Part shown: positions 40,287 through 49,595 of the stretch, piece after piece
Position numbering within the stretch: position 1 is the stretch's first letter
Layout of the letters: each line of letters begins with the position of its first letter
Assembly: GCA_013812695.1 (NCBI GenBank)
Contig: JACCSZ010000190.1
Coordinates: forward strand, 497-64,496
Origin: Gemmatimonadales bacterium
Lineage (GTDB): Bacteria; Gemmatimonadota; Gemmatimonadetes; Gemmatimonadales; GWC2-71-9
DNA: 64,000 nucleotides
Direction of reading: 5' to 3'
Made by a program: the position numbers and the translations under genes
Notes under the pieces: generated by a model
The model's input: the letters and a program-made list of their open reading frames with translations, nothing else
Database searches by the model: none
What the model was told of the DNA's origin: nothing

Positions 40287-41128
40287 GGCTCCGCGGCGTG
40301 GCTGTGCGCGATCCGCTCGGCGACGTGCGCTTCGGGCGGCGCGTTCGGCTTGATGCGGATCGACTTGGCGGGAATCCCGACGTTCACGTGGAACGGCCGC
40401 ACGTTTTTGGTGGCTACCGCGCCGGCACCCACCATCGCGTTCCGCCCGACGCGCACGCCGGCCAGGACGGTGGCGTGGTAGGTGATGCGGACGTCGTCCT
40501 CCAGCACGGTGCGCGCGTTGGTCACGTCTTTCTGATCGACGATGCTGTGTGTGTGGCTGTAGATGTTCGCGTAATCCGAGATGCTGACGCGGTTCCCGAG
40601 CGTGAGGCCGCCGCGGTCGTCGAGCAGCACGTGGCGGTGCACGACACAGTCGTCGCCCACGTCCAGGTTGTACCCGAAGGAGAACTCGACGAACTGGAAG
40701 CACTTGAAGTTCCGCCCCACCCGTGCGAAGAGGTGCGGCGCGAGCAGCCGGCGGAAGCGGACGCCGAGGTGCACGTTCCCGCCGCCGAGCGGGGAGCGGT
40801 CGAAGCTCTGCCAGAGCCAGTGCAGCGGCTTGACCCGGGCGTACCGCTCGGCGTCGACGTCGGCGTAGTACTCGGGCTCCAGGGTCACGTTCGCCGGATC
40901 GAGACTCAGCAGCGCGGCGCGGGTGCCGAGCGGAAGAGCCGGATCGGCCACCAGCGCATCGTAGTCGGTGAGCCCCGGGTACCAGATCTCGAACATTACG
41001 TCCCGCGCGAGGCGGTTCCAGTCGGCACCGGGAGCGGCCAGGCGATGCTCGACCTGCTCGAGCCAGCCGTCCAATAGCCGCTCGGAGGTCTCCGGGAGGC
41101 CGACCGTCTTGAGGGGCAGAAAAGCCAT
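40283..41128 (-). CDS. Hexapeptide-repeat (left-handed beta-helix) acyltransferase with an unrecognised N-terminal domain of about 130 aa
   Basis: C-terminal LbH repeats (VGDDCVVHRHVLLDDRGGLTLGNRVSISDYANIYSHTH...VRITYHATVLAGVRVGRNAMVGAGAVA). I could not assign the N-terminal half to any family. Confidence 0.65.
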   Translation of the reverse strand: MAFLPLKTVGLPETSERLLDGWLEQVEHRLAAPGADWNRLARDVMFEIWYPGLTDYDALVADPALPLGTRAALLSLDPANVTLEPEYYADVDAERYARVKPLHWLWQSFDRSPLGGGNVHLGVRFRRLLAPHLFARVGRNFKCFQFVEFSFGYNLDVGDDCVVHRHVLLDDRGGLTLGNRVSISDYANIYSHTHSIVDQKDVTNARTVLEDDVRITYHATVLAGVRVGRNAMVGAGAVATKNVRPFHVNVGIPAKSIRIKPNAPPEAHVAERIAHSHAAEP

Positions 41129-41201
41129 CGAGGAGCCTCGGGGGCGGACCGGATGTTACGGGTGTGCGGGGGTTGCCTCCAATGATGTGTGGGGTGCGCA
41201 G

Positions 41202-41230
41202 TTGACACCAGTGCCAATGGGGAATAAAGT
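41202..41230 (+). promoter_or_regulatory. Sigma-70-like promoter for the porin/FMN-binding/ApbE operon
   Basis: TTGACA (41202-41207), a 17-nt spacer, then TAAAGT (41225-41230). Sits in a conspicuously AT-richer intergenic island, 57 nt upstream of the ATG at 41287. Confidence 0.45.
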
Positions 41231-41237
41231 AGTAGGT

Positions 41238-41259
41238 GTTCTCATGATAATCGTTCTCA
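41238..41259. promoter_or_regulatory. Fur-box-like operator overlapping the predicted transcription start
   Basis: GTTCTCA-TGATAAT-C-GTTCTCA. The 15-mer TGATAATCGTTCTCA matches the 7-1-7 Fur consensus TGATAAT-N-ATTATCA at 12 of 14 positions. Lies immediately downstream of the -10 element. Confidence 0.4.
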
Positions 41260-41286
41260 ACTAGTCTTTCCCCTGAGAAACGCGCT

Positions 41287-42435
41287 ATGCGCTGCCCGCC
41301 CCCGATGATCGCCCTGCTCGCACTGTGTTGCCTGCCGTTGGTGCCGCACCGGCTCGTCCAGGCCACGGCCCAGGAGCCCGACGAGGAGCGCACCACGGTG
41401 GGCGGGTACGGCGAGGTGCACTATCTCAATCCCACCGGACCCGGCACGCCCGGTGAGGTGAACGTCCGCCGCTTCGTGGTGTACCTCGCGCACGCTTTCA
41501 GCGAGCGCATCGCTTTCCGGTCCGAGCTCGAGCTCGAGGACACCAAGATCGAGGGTGGGGAAGACGGGGGCGAGGTGGCGCTGGAGCAAGCCTATCTCGA
41601 TTACACCCTGTCACCCGCCGCCACCATCCGCGCCGGCCTCGTGCTGCCGCCGATCGGCATCATCAACGAGACCCACGAGCCTCCGACCTTCAACGGCGTC
41701 GAGCGGCCGTCCTTCGAGCGGAACGTCATCCCGAGCACCTGGCGCGACATCGGCGTCGGTCTCGTCGGCGCCATCCCCGGCTCGTCGGGCCTCAACTACC
41801 GGGTGTTCTTCCTCAACGGGCTGGTCGCGAGCGGCTTCACGGCGGATGCCGGCATTCGCGGCGGCCGCCAGGAGGGCAAGGAGGCGAGCTTCGCGAACCC
41901 CTCGCTCACGGGCCGGATCGAGTGGGCGCGGCCGGGGCTTCGGCTGGGCGGCTCGTTCTGGTACGGCGGGAGCGCGGCGCAAGACCCGGTGCTGGGCACC
42001 GGGTCGTTCGACAACGCCGTGGCGCTGGTGTCGGCCGACGCGCGCTACGATGTGGGCCCCTTCATGTTCCGGGGCGTGGTCGCCAACGTGAGCATCGCCG
42101 ACGCCGACGCCATCAACGCGGCGTACGGCGGCCAGGTCGGCAGCCGGATCGCCGGCGGGTATCTCGAAGGCGCCTACGACCTGCTGTCGACGCTGGCTCC
42201 CGGATCCACCCACCGCCTCAACGCGTTCGTGCGCCACGAGCGCTACAACACCCAGGCGGGCGTGCCGGACGGCATCACTCGCGACGACGCGCTCGCGCGC
42301 CGGATCACCACCGTCGGCCTCTCGTACAAGCCGGTCTACAACGTGGTCTTCAAGGGCGATTACCAGCTTCGACGGAACCGTGCCGGGGCGGGCGAGGACG
42401 AGCAGCTCAGTCTGGGGGTGGGGTATCAGTTCTAG
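41287..42435 (+). CDS. Outer-membrane porin-like beta-barrel protein
   Basis: Signal peptide. Alternating amphipathic strands rich in Gly/Tyr/Asn. C-terminal LSLGVGYQF with terminal Phe. Confidence 0.6.
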   Translation: MRCPPPMIALLALCCLPLVPHRLVQATAQEPDEERTTVGGYGEVHYLNPTGPGTPGEVNVRRFVVYLAHAFSERIAFRSELELEDTKIEGGEDGGEVALEQAYLDYTLSPAATIRAGLVLPPIGIINETHEPPTFNGVERPSFERNVIPSTWRDIGVGLVGAIPGSSGLNYRVFFLNGLVASGFTADAGIRGGRQEGKEASFANPSLTGRIEWARPGLRLGGSFWYGGSAAQDPVLGTGSFDNAVALVSADARYDVGPFMFRGVVANVSIADADAINAAYGGQVGSRIAGGYLEGAYDLLSTLAPGSTHRLNAFVRHERYNTQAGVPDGITRDDALARRITTVGLSYKPVYNVVFKGDYQLRRNRAGAGEDEQLSLGVGYQF

Positions 42436-42455
42436 CCGGCAGCGCCACGCGATCC

Positions 42456-42570
42456 GTCATCCCGAGCGGAGCGAGGGGTCTGCTCCGCCGGGCTCGAGCT
42501 ACTCCGGCGCGAGATCCCTCGCCGTGCTCGGGATGACAGCGATGAGAGCCAGCGCTCCGTTCGGGATGAC
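42456..42570. repeat. REP-like palindromic element, copy 5 (full element plus an extra half arm)
   Basis: GTCATCCCGAGCGGAGCGAGGGG (42456-42478), inverted arm CCCTCGCCGTGCTCGGGATGAC (42516-42537), and an additional CGCTCCGTTCGGGATGAC (42553-42570). Intra-operonic. Confidence 0.8.
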
Positions 42571-43063
42571 AGCCGTCGTGGCCCTCCGCGTGTCGGTCCT
42601 GCTCGCCCTGCTCTCCCTTCCCGCCGTGGCGCAGTCCGCCCCGCCCGCCAGGCTCGCCAAGTCCATCGAGCGCGTCTACGGCGACGGTGCCCAGGTCGAC
42701 ACCCTCCGGGTCGACTCCGCCCGGGTCTACCGCATCTCCCGGAGCGGTACGCTGCTCGGCTTCGCGCAGGTGCGGAACGTGAAGGGCAAGGACCAGCAGA
42801 TCACCTACCTGGTGGCCACCGACTCCGCCGACGCGCTGCGCGATATCGACATCCTGGTCTACCGCGAGCCGTACGGCGGCGAGGTGGCGTACGAGCCGTG
42901 GCGCAAGCAGTTTCGCGGGAAGACCAGCAACGCCGCGCTCCAGGTGGGCAAGGATATCCGGAACGTCTCCGGTGCCACGATCAGCTCCAACGCGGTCACC
43001 CGCGGCGTGCGGCGGGCCCTGGCGGACCTCACCGCGTGGCGCGCCGCGGGGAAGTTGCGGTGA
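42566..43063 (+). CDS. Exported FMN-binding domain protein (ApbE flavinylation substrate)
   Basis: Signal peptide MTAVVALRVSVLLALLSLPAVAQS. FMN_bind-type motif NVSGATISSNAV (Thr of SGAT is the usual FMN attachment site). An alternative ATG at 42533 exists, and both ATGs lie inside GGATGAC repeat arms. Confidence 0.7.
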   Translation: MTAVVALRVSVLLALLSLPAVAQSAPPARLAKSIERVYGDGAQVDTLRVDSARVYRISRSGTLLGFAQVRNVKGKDQQITYLVATDSADALRDIDILVYREPYGGEVAYEPWRKQFRGKTSNAALQVGKDIRNVSGATISSNAVTRGVRRALADLTAWRAAGKLR

Positions 43064-43569
43064 CGGAGGCGCGCGGGCCGGTCTGGCGGCAGCTCTCGCC
43101 CGCGCTCCGCGCGCTCGGGCTGTGGGTCACGATCGTGCAGCTCGCCGGGTACACCACCGGATTGCTCTTCGTGTATCACACGACCGGCATGACGCCGCCC
43201 GGCGCCACCGCGCAGTACCGCGGCTCCGACTCCACCGTGGTGACCGATGCCGCCATGAAGTTTCCGAAATCGTACGCCGAAATGCTCAACATCACGCATA
43301 CGCACCTGCTCGGCATGGCGGCGATCTTCGTCGTCAGCGGCGTCGCGCTGGCGCTCTGCGAGCGGCCCGCGGAGCGCTGGCGGGTGTTCCTCATCGCGGA
43401 GCCGTTCGCCGCGCTCCTGGTCTCGTTCACGGCGATGTGGCTCATGCGCTACGTGGACCCCGGCTACAGTTGGCTGCTCACGCTGTCGAGCGGGCTGATG
43501 GCGATCACGTTCTACGCGCAGTCGCTGCTGGTCCTGCGGGAGCTGCTGGCGCCGCGAGCGCCGCGATGA
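43060..43569 (+). CDS. Hypothetical 4-TM membrane protein with His-containing motifs
   Basis: GTGA overlap with the upstream gene and ATGA overlap with apbE. Four hydrophobic helices. His residues at helix ends (VYHTTG, NITHTHLLGM). No family recognised. Confidence 0.5.
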   Translation: MTEARGPVWRQLSPALRALGLWVTIVQLAGYTTGLLFVYHTTGMTPPGATAQYRGSDSTVVTDAAMKFPKSYAEMLNITHTHLLGMAAIFVVSGVALALCERPAERWRVFLIAEPFAALLVSFTAMWLMRYVDPGYSWLLTLSSGLMAITFYAQSLLVLRELLAPRAPR

Positions 43570-44510
43570 GGCGCCGAGCGTTTTTCGGCGCCGTCGCCAT
43601 GGGTCTGGCCGGCACCGCCGCGCCGCGATGGCTCACGGGCTCGGTCGGGCACGCGGGCGATGAGGCGTTCGTCGAGCGCTGGTCGTGGGCGATGGGCCAG
43701 CCGGTCCGCCTGCGACTCTTCGCGGAGTCGGAATCGGCCGGCTACGATGCCGCTCAGGCCGCGCTGGCCGAGCTCCGGCGGGTCGAAGGCGCGCTCTCCC
43801 GGTTCGACGAGTCGAGCGATCTCTCCGAGCTCAACCGGCGGGCGGGCCGCGGACCGATCGCGGGCGGGCCCGATCTCCTCGCGGTGCTCGCCTCGGCTGT
43901 CGAGTTCCGGCGCAGCACCGAAGGCGCGTTCGACGCCGCGATCGAGCCGCTCATGCGGACGTGGGGATTCCATGCGCCGCGCGCCGGCGAGCCGACCCCG
44001 GCCGAGCTGGCGGAGGCGCGTGCGGCGGTGCATGCGGCCGGGATCGACTTGGGCGAGGGGCGCGTTGCCTTGAGGGGCGCCGCGACTCGGCTCGATCTCG
44101 GCGGGATAGGCGTCGGCTACGGGCTCGACCGGGCGGCGGAGGTCCTGCGCCGATCGGGGGTCCGCCGCGCGCTGCTGGACGTGAGCGGCGACTGCGTGGC
44201 GCTCGGCGCCCCACCGGGCGAGTCCGGCTGGCTGGTGGAGATCGCCGATCCCGAGCGGCCGGGCACGGTGATGGGCTCGACGCGCCTGCGCGATGCCGCG
44301 CTGGCCACCTCCTCGAATCTGGTGTCCGTGGTGCGCTACGGTCGGGCCGTCCGCGGGCACGTCATGGATCCCGCCAGCGGCTATCCGGCGGCGCAATGTC
44401 GCCAGGTCAGCGTGGTGGCGCGCACGGGGCTCGAGGCGGACGCGCTCTCGACCGCCATGCTGGTCTCGCCTAGGAAGTACCCGGGGGTGCTGCGCTCGTA
44501 CGTTCGGTGA
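43566..44510 (+). CDS. apbE: FAD:protein FMN transferase (ApbE family), Tat-type signal
   Basis: MRRRAFFGAVAMGLAG twin-arginine-like N-terminus. ApbE motifs SDLSELNR, GAFDAAIEPLMRTWGF, DLGGIGVGYGLDR, ATSSN. Confidence 0.85.
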   Translation: MRRRAFFGAVAMGLAGTAAPRWLTGSVGHAGDEAFVERWSWAMGQPVRLRLFAESESAGYDAAQAALAELRRVEGALSRFDESSDLSELNRRAGRGPIAGGPDLLAVLASAVEFRRSTEGAFDAAIEPLMRTWGFHAPRAGEPTPAELAEARAAVHAAGIDLGEGRVALRGAATRLDLGGIGVGYGLDRAAEVLRRSGVRRALLDVSGDCVALGAPPGESGWLVEIADPERPGTVMGSTRLRDAALATSSNLVSVVRYGRAVRGHVMDPASGYPAAQCRQVSVVARTGLEADALSTAMLVSPRKYPGVLRSYVR

Positions 44511-44516
44511 AGCCGA

Positions 44517-44612
44517 GTCACCCTGAGCGATGCGAAGGGGGCATCCTTAGAGGCATGCCCCCTTCGCTCTGCTCAGGGTGACTCCCGTCAGGTCAGGGTG
44601 ACTCCCGTCAGG
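44517..44612. repeat. REP-like palindromic element, copy 6 (full element plus a perfect 20-bp tandem duplication)
   Basis: GTCACCCTGAGCGATGCGAAGGGGGCAT ... ATGCCCCCTTCGCTCTGCTCAGGGTGAC (2 mismatches). TCAGGGTGACTCCCGTCAGG then occurs twice in tandem (44573-44612). Confidence 0.85.
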
Positions 44613-44629
44613 GCGAGTCCACACGACCG

Positions 44630-45331
44630 CTAGGGCGTGCCGCGCGCCCGAATGCTATCGCCGGCCACGCTGTCCACCGCCACCCGCCCCGCCTGAACCG
44701 TGTCGCGGACCCCGCCGCGAGCCCGGAGCGCGACCCGCGCACGCTCGCGGTCGAGCGTGATCTGCTTGCCCTGCCAGTCGTCGGATCTCTGCCCCGCGTA
44801 GCGCAGCGAGAACGAGTCGTTGACCGGCAGGTCCTCCTCATACAGATAGATGCCGCTCACCTGTTCGCGCACGTCGAGTTGCTGCGAGGTGAAGTGCCCG
44901 CTGAACGGCACGATGGCGAGCGGGCGGAATTCGCGGTTCCGGACCACCACGATCAGGGTCTGCGGGTCGAAGCGGGCGTCCGTCCGCTGGGCGTGAAAGG
45001 TCACGAGTGCCAGCCCCGGGCGGGACACCCCGGACCGGTTGGCGAGCGAATCGATGGCCGCCCGCCGGGATTCGACCAGCGACCGGAGCGACTCCCAACT
45101 GTCCCGGGCCAGGAGCCGGGTCACCCGGGCATCGAGGGGCACGAATCGCACGTCGAGGTCCGGTGTCTGGATGCGGAGGGCGAGGTCGTTCTGGGTGAGC
45201 GAGCCGTAGCCGCCCGCCGGGAGCGGGGCCGCGGCGCCGCCACCCGCCTGGGACACGGCTGGTGCGGCGCGTCCGATCAGGAGGACGGCGGAGCACAGCA
45301 GCAGAGACCACGGTCGCTGCACGATCCTCAC
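44630..45331 (-). CDS. Hypothetical secreted protein
   Basis: Signal peptide [28 protein letters not shown]. 4-nt overlap with engB. No family recognised. Confidence 0.45.
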   Translation of the reverse strand: MRIVQRPWSLLLCSAVLLIGRAAPAVSQAGGGAAAPLPAGGYGSLTQNDLALRIQTPDLDVRFVPLDARVTRLLARDSWESLRSLVESRRAAIDSLANRSGVSRPGLALVTFHAQRTDARFDPQTLIVVVRNREFRPLAIVPFSGHFTSQQLDVREQVSGIYLYEEDLPVNDSFSLRYAGQRSDDWQGKQITLDRERARVALRARGGVRDTVQAGRVAVDSVAGDSIRARGTP

Positions 45332-45932
45332 GCGGTCCCTCCCACGGCGGCCAGGATGCTCTCGGCGAGCTCGGCGATACCCAGCCGCGAGGTACTGCTG
45401 GTGAGCTGGAGCTGGTCGTCATGCAAGCCCAGGGCCACGGCGAGCGCACGGGTTCGCTGCGACTGCGCGGAGCGGGTCAGCTTGTCGCCCTTGGTCAGCG
45501 CCACCAGCACCGGGTGGCCGCTCCGGGCGAGCAGGTCCTGCATGTCCCGGTCGTCGCTCGACGGCTGGTGCCGCACGTCGAGCAGCCAGACCACGCCGGC
45601 CAGCGTCGGCCGCTCGAGCAGGTAGCGATCCACGAGCCGGCGGTACCCGGCGCGCGCGGTCTTGCCGGCCCGGGCCCACCCGTAGCCCGGCAAGTCGACC
45701 AGATAGAAACCGGGAAAGCGAAAGGCGTTGAGCAGGGTGGTCTTGCCGGGGGTCCCGCTCACGCGCGCGAGCCCGGGCCGGCCGGTGAGCGCGTTGAGCA
45801 GGCTCGACTTGCCCACGTTGGACCGGCCGATCAGCGCGACTTCGGGGAGCGGCGGGGAGAGCGTGACCAGCGGGTCGGGAAACGAGCCGACGAACTCGAC
45901 CGGCGCCGCGGAGAGCGGCGTCGGGAGCGCGG

Positions 45933-45936
<4 letters not shown>
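45328..45936 (-). CDS. engB: Ribosome-biogenesis GTPase EngB/YihA/YsxC
   Basis: G1 [15 protein letters not shown]3 DLPGYG, G4 TKGDK. The GTG start overlaps the clpX stop. Confidence 0.85.
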
Positions 45937-47207
<1,271 letters not shown>

Positions 47208-47240
47208 GGGGACCTTGCCTCGTTGCTTGAGATTTCAATG

Positions 47241-47288
47241 ATAACTAAATAAACAACGGCGTTTCCCGTGTTACAGGAAACGCCGTTG
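47241..47288 (-). terminator. Hairpin plus T-tract between clpP and clpX (terminator/attenuator)
   Basis: On the minus strand: CAACGGCGTTTCC-tgtaacacg-GGAAACGCCGTTG (perfect 13-bp stem) followed by TTTATTTAGTTAT. Confidence 0.5.
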
Positions 47289-47334
47289 CTGCTATGCAAC
47301 CAGAGGTATGAGCGGCTCGCGGCTCGCTGGTTCC

Positions 47335-47943
47335 TCAGGGACGCTTGGCAATCACCTGATCGACCAGGCCGTACGACTTGGATTCCTCGGCATCGAGGAA
47401 ATAGTCGCGCTCAGTGTCCAGCCTGATCTTCTCGATGGGCTGGCCCGTGCGCTCGGCAAGGATGCGATTCATCGTTTCCTTGGTCTTCAAAATTTCCTTC
47501 GCATGGATCTCGATGTCCGTCGCCTGTCCCTGCGCACCGCCCAGGACCTGGTGGATCATGACCTTGGAATTGGGCAGCGAGAACCGCTTGCCCTTGGCGC
47601 CCGCGGCCAGCAGGAACGCGCCCATGCTCGCCGCCATGCCCGTGCAAAGGGTCGACACGTCCGGCTTGATGAAGTTCATGGTGTCATAGATGGCCATGCC
47701 GGCGCTGACACTTCCGCCGGGCGAGTTGATGTAGAACGAGATGTCCTTGTCCGGGTTCTCGCTTTCGAGGAAGAGCAGCTGCGCCACCACCAGGTTGGCC
47801 GTCTGGTCGTTCACCGGGCCGACCAGGAAAATCACGCGTTCGCGCAGCAGGCGCGAATAGATGTCGTAGGACCGCTCGCCGCGGCCGGATTGCTCGATGA
47901 CGATCGGCACCATGCCAAGCGCCTGGGTTTCAAGTGAACTCAT
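47335..47943 (-). CDS. clpP: ATP-dependent Clp protease proteolytic subunit
   Basis: Start at [34 protein letters not shown], catalytic [15 protein letters not shown]. The upstream 30 codons of the ORF-track call are rejected. Confidence 0.95.
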   Translation of the reverse strand: MSSLETQALGMVPIVIEQSGRGERSYDIYSRLLRERVIFLVGPVNDQTANLVVAQLLFLESENPDKDISFYINSPGGSVSAGMAIYDTMNFIKPDVSTLCTGMAASMGAFLLAAGAKGKRFSLPNSKVMIHQVLGGAQGQATDIEIHAKEILKTKETMNRILAERTGQPIEKIRLDTERDYFLDAEESKSYGLVDQVIAKRP

Positions 47944-47987
47944 GGGGAAAACTCCGGGTTGCCTGTGCTGTACTTTATGCCAAAAGC

Positions 47988-48015
47988 AAATGGGGCTTGT
48001 GGCCGGGACTGCAAG
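47988..48015 (-). promoter_or_regulatory. Sigma-32 (RpoH) type heat-shock promoter upstream of clpP
   Basis: The minus strand reads CTTGCAG, a 13-nt spacer, then CCCCATTT. The proteobacterial consensus is CTTGAAA-N13/14-CCCCATNT. Confidence 0.5.
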
Positions 48016-48093
48016 TCCCTCCCAAAGCCCCACTTCAGTGACACGGCCTTTCAGGCCGCGTTTGCCCCTTGTCGATGCCGCGCTCTCACGCCG

Positions 48094-49410
48094 TTATCCC
48101 TGCTGGCCCATCAGATCGTCGAAGGAAACGGCCTTCTCGACGACCTTGGCCTGCTTCAGCACGAACTCCGTGACATTGTTCTCGATCACGATGGCTTCGA
48201 CTTCGGCGAGGCGCTGCTTGTCGCCGTAGTACCAACGCACAACGTCAGCCGGCTTCTCGTAGCTCGCCGCCAACTCTTCCACGTGGCTCTTCACCTGCTC
48301 CGGCTTGGCATGCAGGTTGTTGCTGCGCACCAGTTCCGCGACCACGAGGCCAAGCCGAACTCGGCGCTCGGCCTGGGAACGGAACATGTCGTCGGGCACC
48401 GGAACCTTGTCGGCGTCCTTGATGCCGCGCTGCTTCAGGTCCGCGCGCGCGCCTTCGATCATGCGATCTACCTCGGACTGCACACTCGACCTGGGCAGGT
48501 CCAGCTCGGCCTTGCCCACCAGCGCGTCCATGACGGACTGCTTGTTCCTGGCCAACAGGCGGAACTTGACTTCGCGCTCCAGGTTCTTGCGAATGTCGGC
48601 CCGCAGCCCATCCACGGTCGCGTCGGCGATCCCCAGCGATTTCGCCAGGGCCTCGTTCACTTCCGGCAGGTTGGCCGCTTCGATCTTCTTGACGGTGACC
48701 ATGAAGTCGGCCTGCTTGCCCGCCACATCCTTGCCGTGGTAGTCGGCAGGAAACGCGAGGGGAAAGGTCTTGCTCTCGCCTGCTTTCATGCCGCGCACGG
48801 CTTCCTCGAACTCCTTGAGCATCTGGCCTTCGCCGACCAGGAACTGGAAGTCGGAGGAAACGCCGCCCTGGAATGTCTCGCCGTCGATCTTGCCTTCGAA
48901 GTCGACCGTCACCCGGTCGCCATCCTGGGCGGCGGCGTCCTGCGCACGCTGGGCGAAGGTGCGGCGCTGCTTGCGCAGGATATCGAGCGTCTTGTCGATC
49001 GCGGAATCGTTCACCTCGGCGCTGAGCTTCTCGACTTCAGCTGTGGAAAGATCGCCGATCTTGACCTCGGGGAACACCTCGAACACCGCGTCGAACGCGA
49101 GCTGCCCTTCCGGGGACTGCTCCTTCTCGGTGATCTTGGGCTGGCCGGCCACGCGAAGCTTGGCCTCGTTGGCGGCTTGGGCGAACGCCTCGCCCACCTT
49201 GTCGTTCATCACCTCGTAGTGAACCGAATAGCCGTAGCGCTGGGCCACAACCGTCATCGGAACCTTGCCGGGGCGAAAGCCGTCCATCTTCACGGTGCGC
49301 GCCAGGCGCTTCAGGCGGGAATCGACTTCCGACTGGATGACGTTGACGGGCAACATCAGCGTCATCTTGCGTTCCAGCTTCTCAAGGGTTTCAACGGTCA
49401 CGGCCATCAT
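48094..49410 (-). CDS. tig: Trigger factor
   Basis: MAVTVETLEKLERKMTL, GFRPGKVP, a central FKBP-type PPIase region and the C-terminal domain. The true start may be the second ATG (49407). Confidence 0.95.
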   Translation of the reverse strand: MMAVTVETLEKLERKMTLMLPVNVIQSEVDSRLKRLARTVKMDGFRPGKVPMTVVAQRYGYSVHYEVMNDKVGEAFAQAANEAKLRVAGQPKITEKEQSPEGQLAFDAVFEVFPEVKIGDLSTAEVEKLSAEVNDSAIDKTLDILRKQRRTFAQRAQDAAAQDGDRVTVDFEGKIDGETFQGGVSSDFQFLVGEGQMLKEFEEAVRGMKAGESKTFPLAFPADYHGKDVAGKQADFMVTVKKIEAANLPEVNEALAKSLGIADATVDGLRADIRKNLEREVKFRLLARNKQSVMDALVGKAELDLPRSSVQSEVDRMIEGARADLKQRGIKDADKVPVPDDMFRSQAERRVRLGLVVAELVRSNNLHAKPEQVKSHVEELAASYEKPADVVRWYYGDKQRLAEVEAIVIENNVTEFVLKQAKVVEKAVSFDDLMGQQG

Positions 49411-49439
49411 TGCTCTCTTTTTTTGCAGTAAAGGTGTTC

Positions 49440-49526
49440 TGGTGCGCGGGGGGGGACTCGAACCCCCACACCATTGCTGGCGTCAGGACCTAAACCTGGT
49501 GCGTCTACCAATTTCGCCACCCGCGC
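49440..49526 (-). tRNA. tRNA-Leu (anticodon UAG), class II with long variable arm, CCA encoded
   Basis: The minus strand reads GCGCGGGTGGCGAAATTGGTAGACGCACCAGGTTTAGGTCCTGACGCCAGCAATGGTGTGGGGGTTCGAGTCCCCCCCGCGCACCA. It folds by hand into a cloverleaf with a 7-bp acceptor stem, anticodon loop TTTAGGT and T-arm GGGGG-TTCGAGT-CCCCC. Confidence 0.9.
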
Positions 49527-49543
49527 TTAAGCTCAAAGTCAAA

Positions 49544-49572
49544 GCGGGCGGCCGGATAACCCGACCGCCCGC
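49544..49572 (-). terminator. Candidate terminator hairpin after the RND operon
   Basis: GCGGGCGG-13 nt-CCGCCCGC. On the minus strand it is followed by TTTGACTTTGAG. Located between the RND stop and tRNA-Leu. Confidence 0.4.
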
Positions 49573-49595
49573 CCTAATTCGGTCAACCCGGTATT

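Noticed and set aside
37920-41396. Single 1158-aa protein suggested by the ORF track
   Set aside because: The first 370 or so residues are Arg/Pro/Ala-rich and overlap, out of frame, the well-formed hexapeptide acyltransferase gene. The kinase-like sequence begins at a TTG that overlaps that gene's stop.
49411-49595. tRNA-Leu as an integration site for a genomic island or prophage that would explain the composition change
   Set aside because: No integrase, excisionase or phage genes flank it. I found no direct repeat of the tRNA 3' end. The composition and taxonomy switch lies 2-3 kb away, inside clpX, not at the tRNA.
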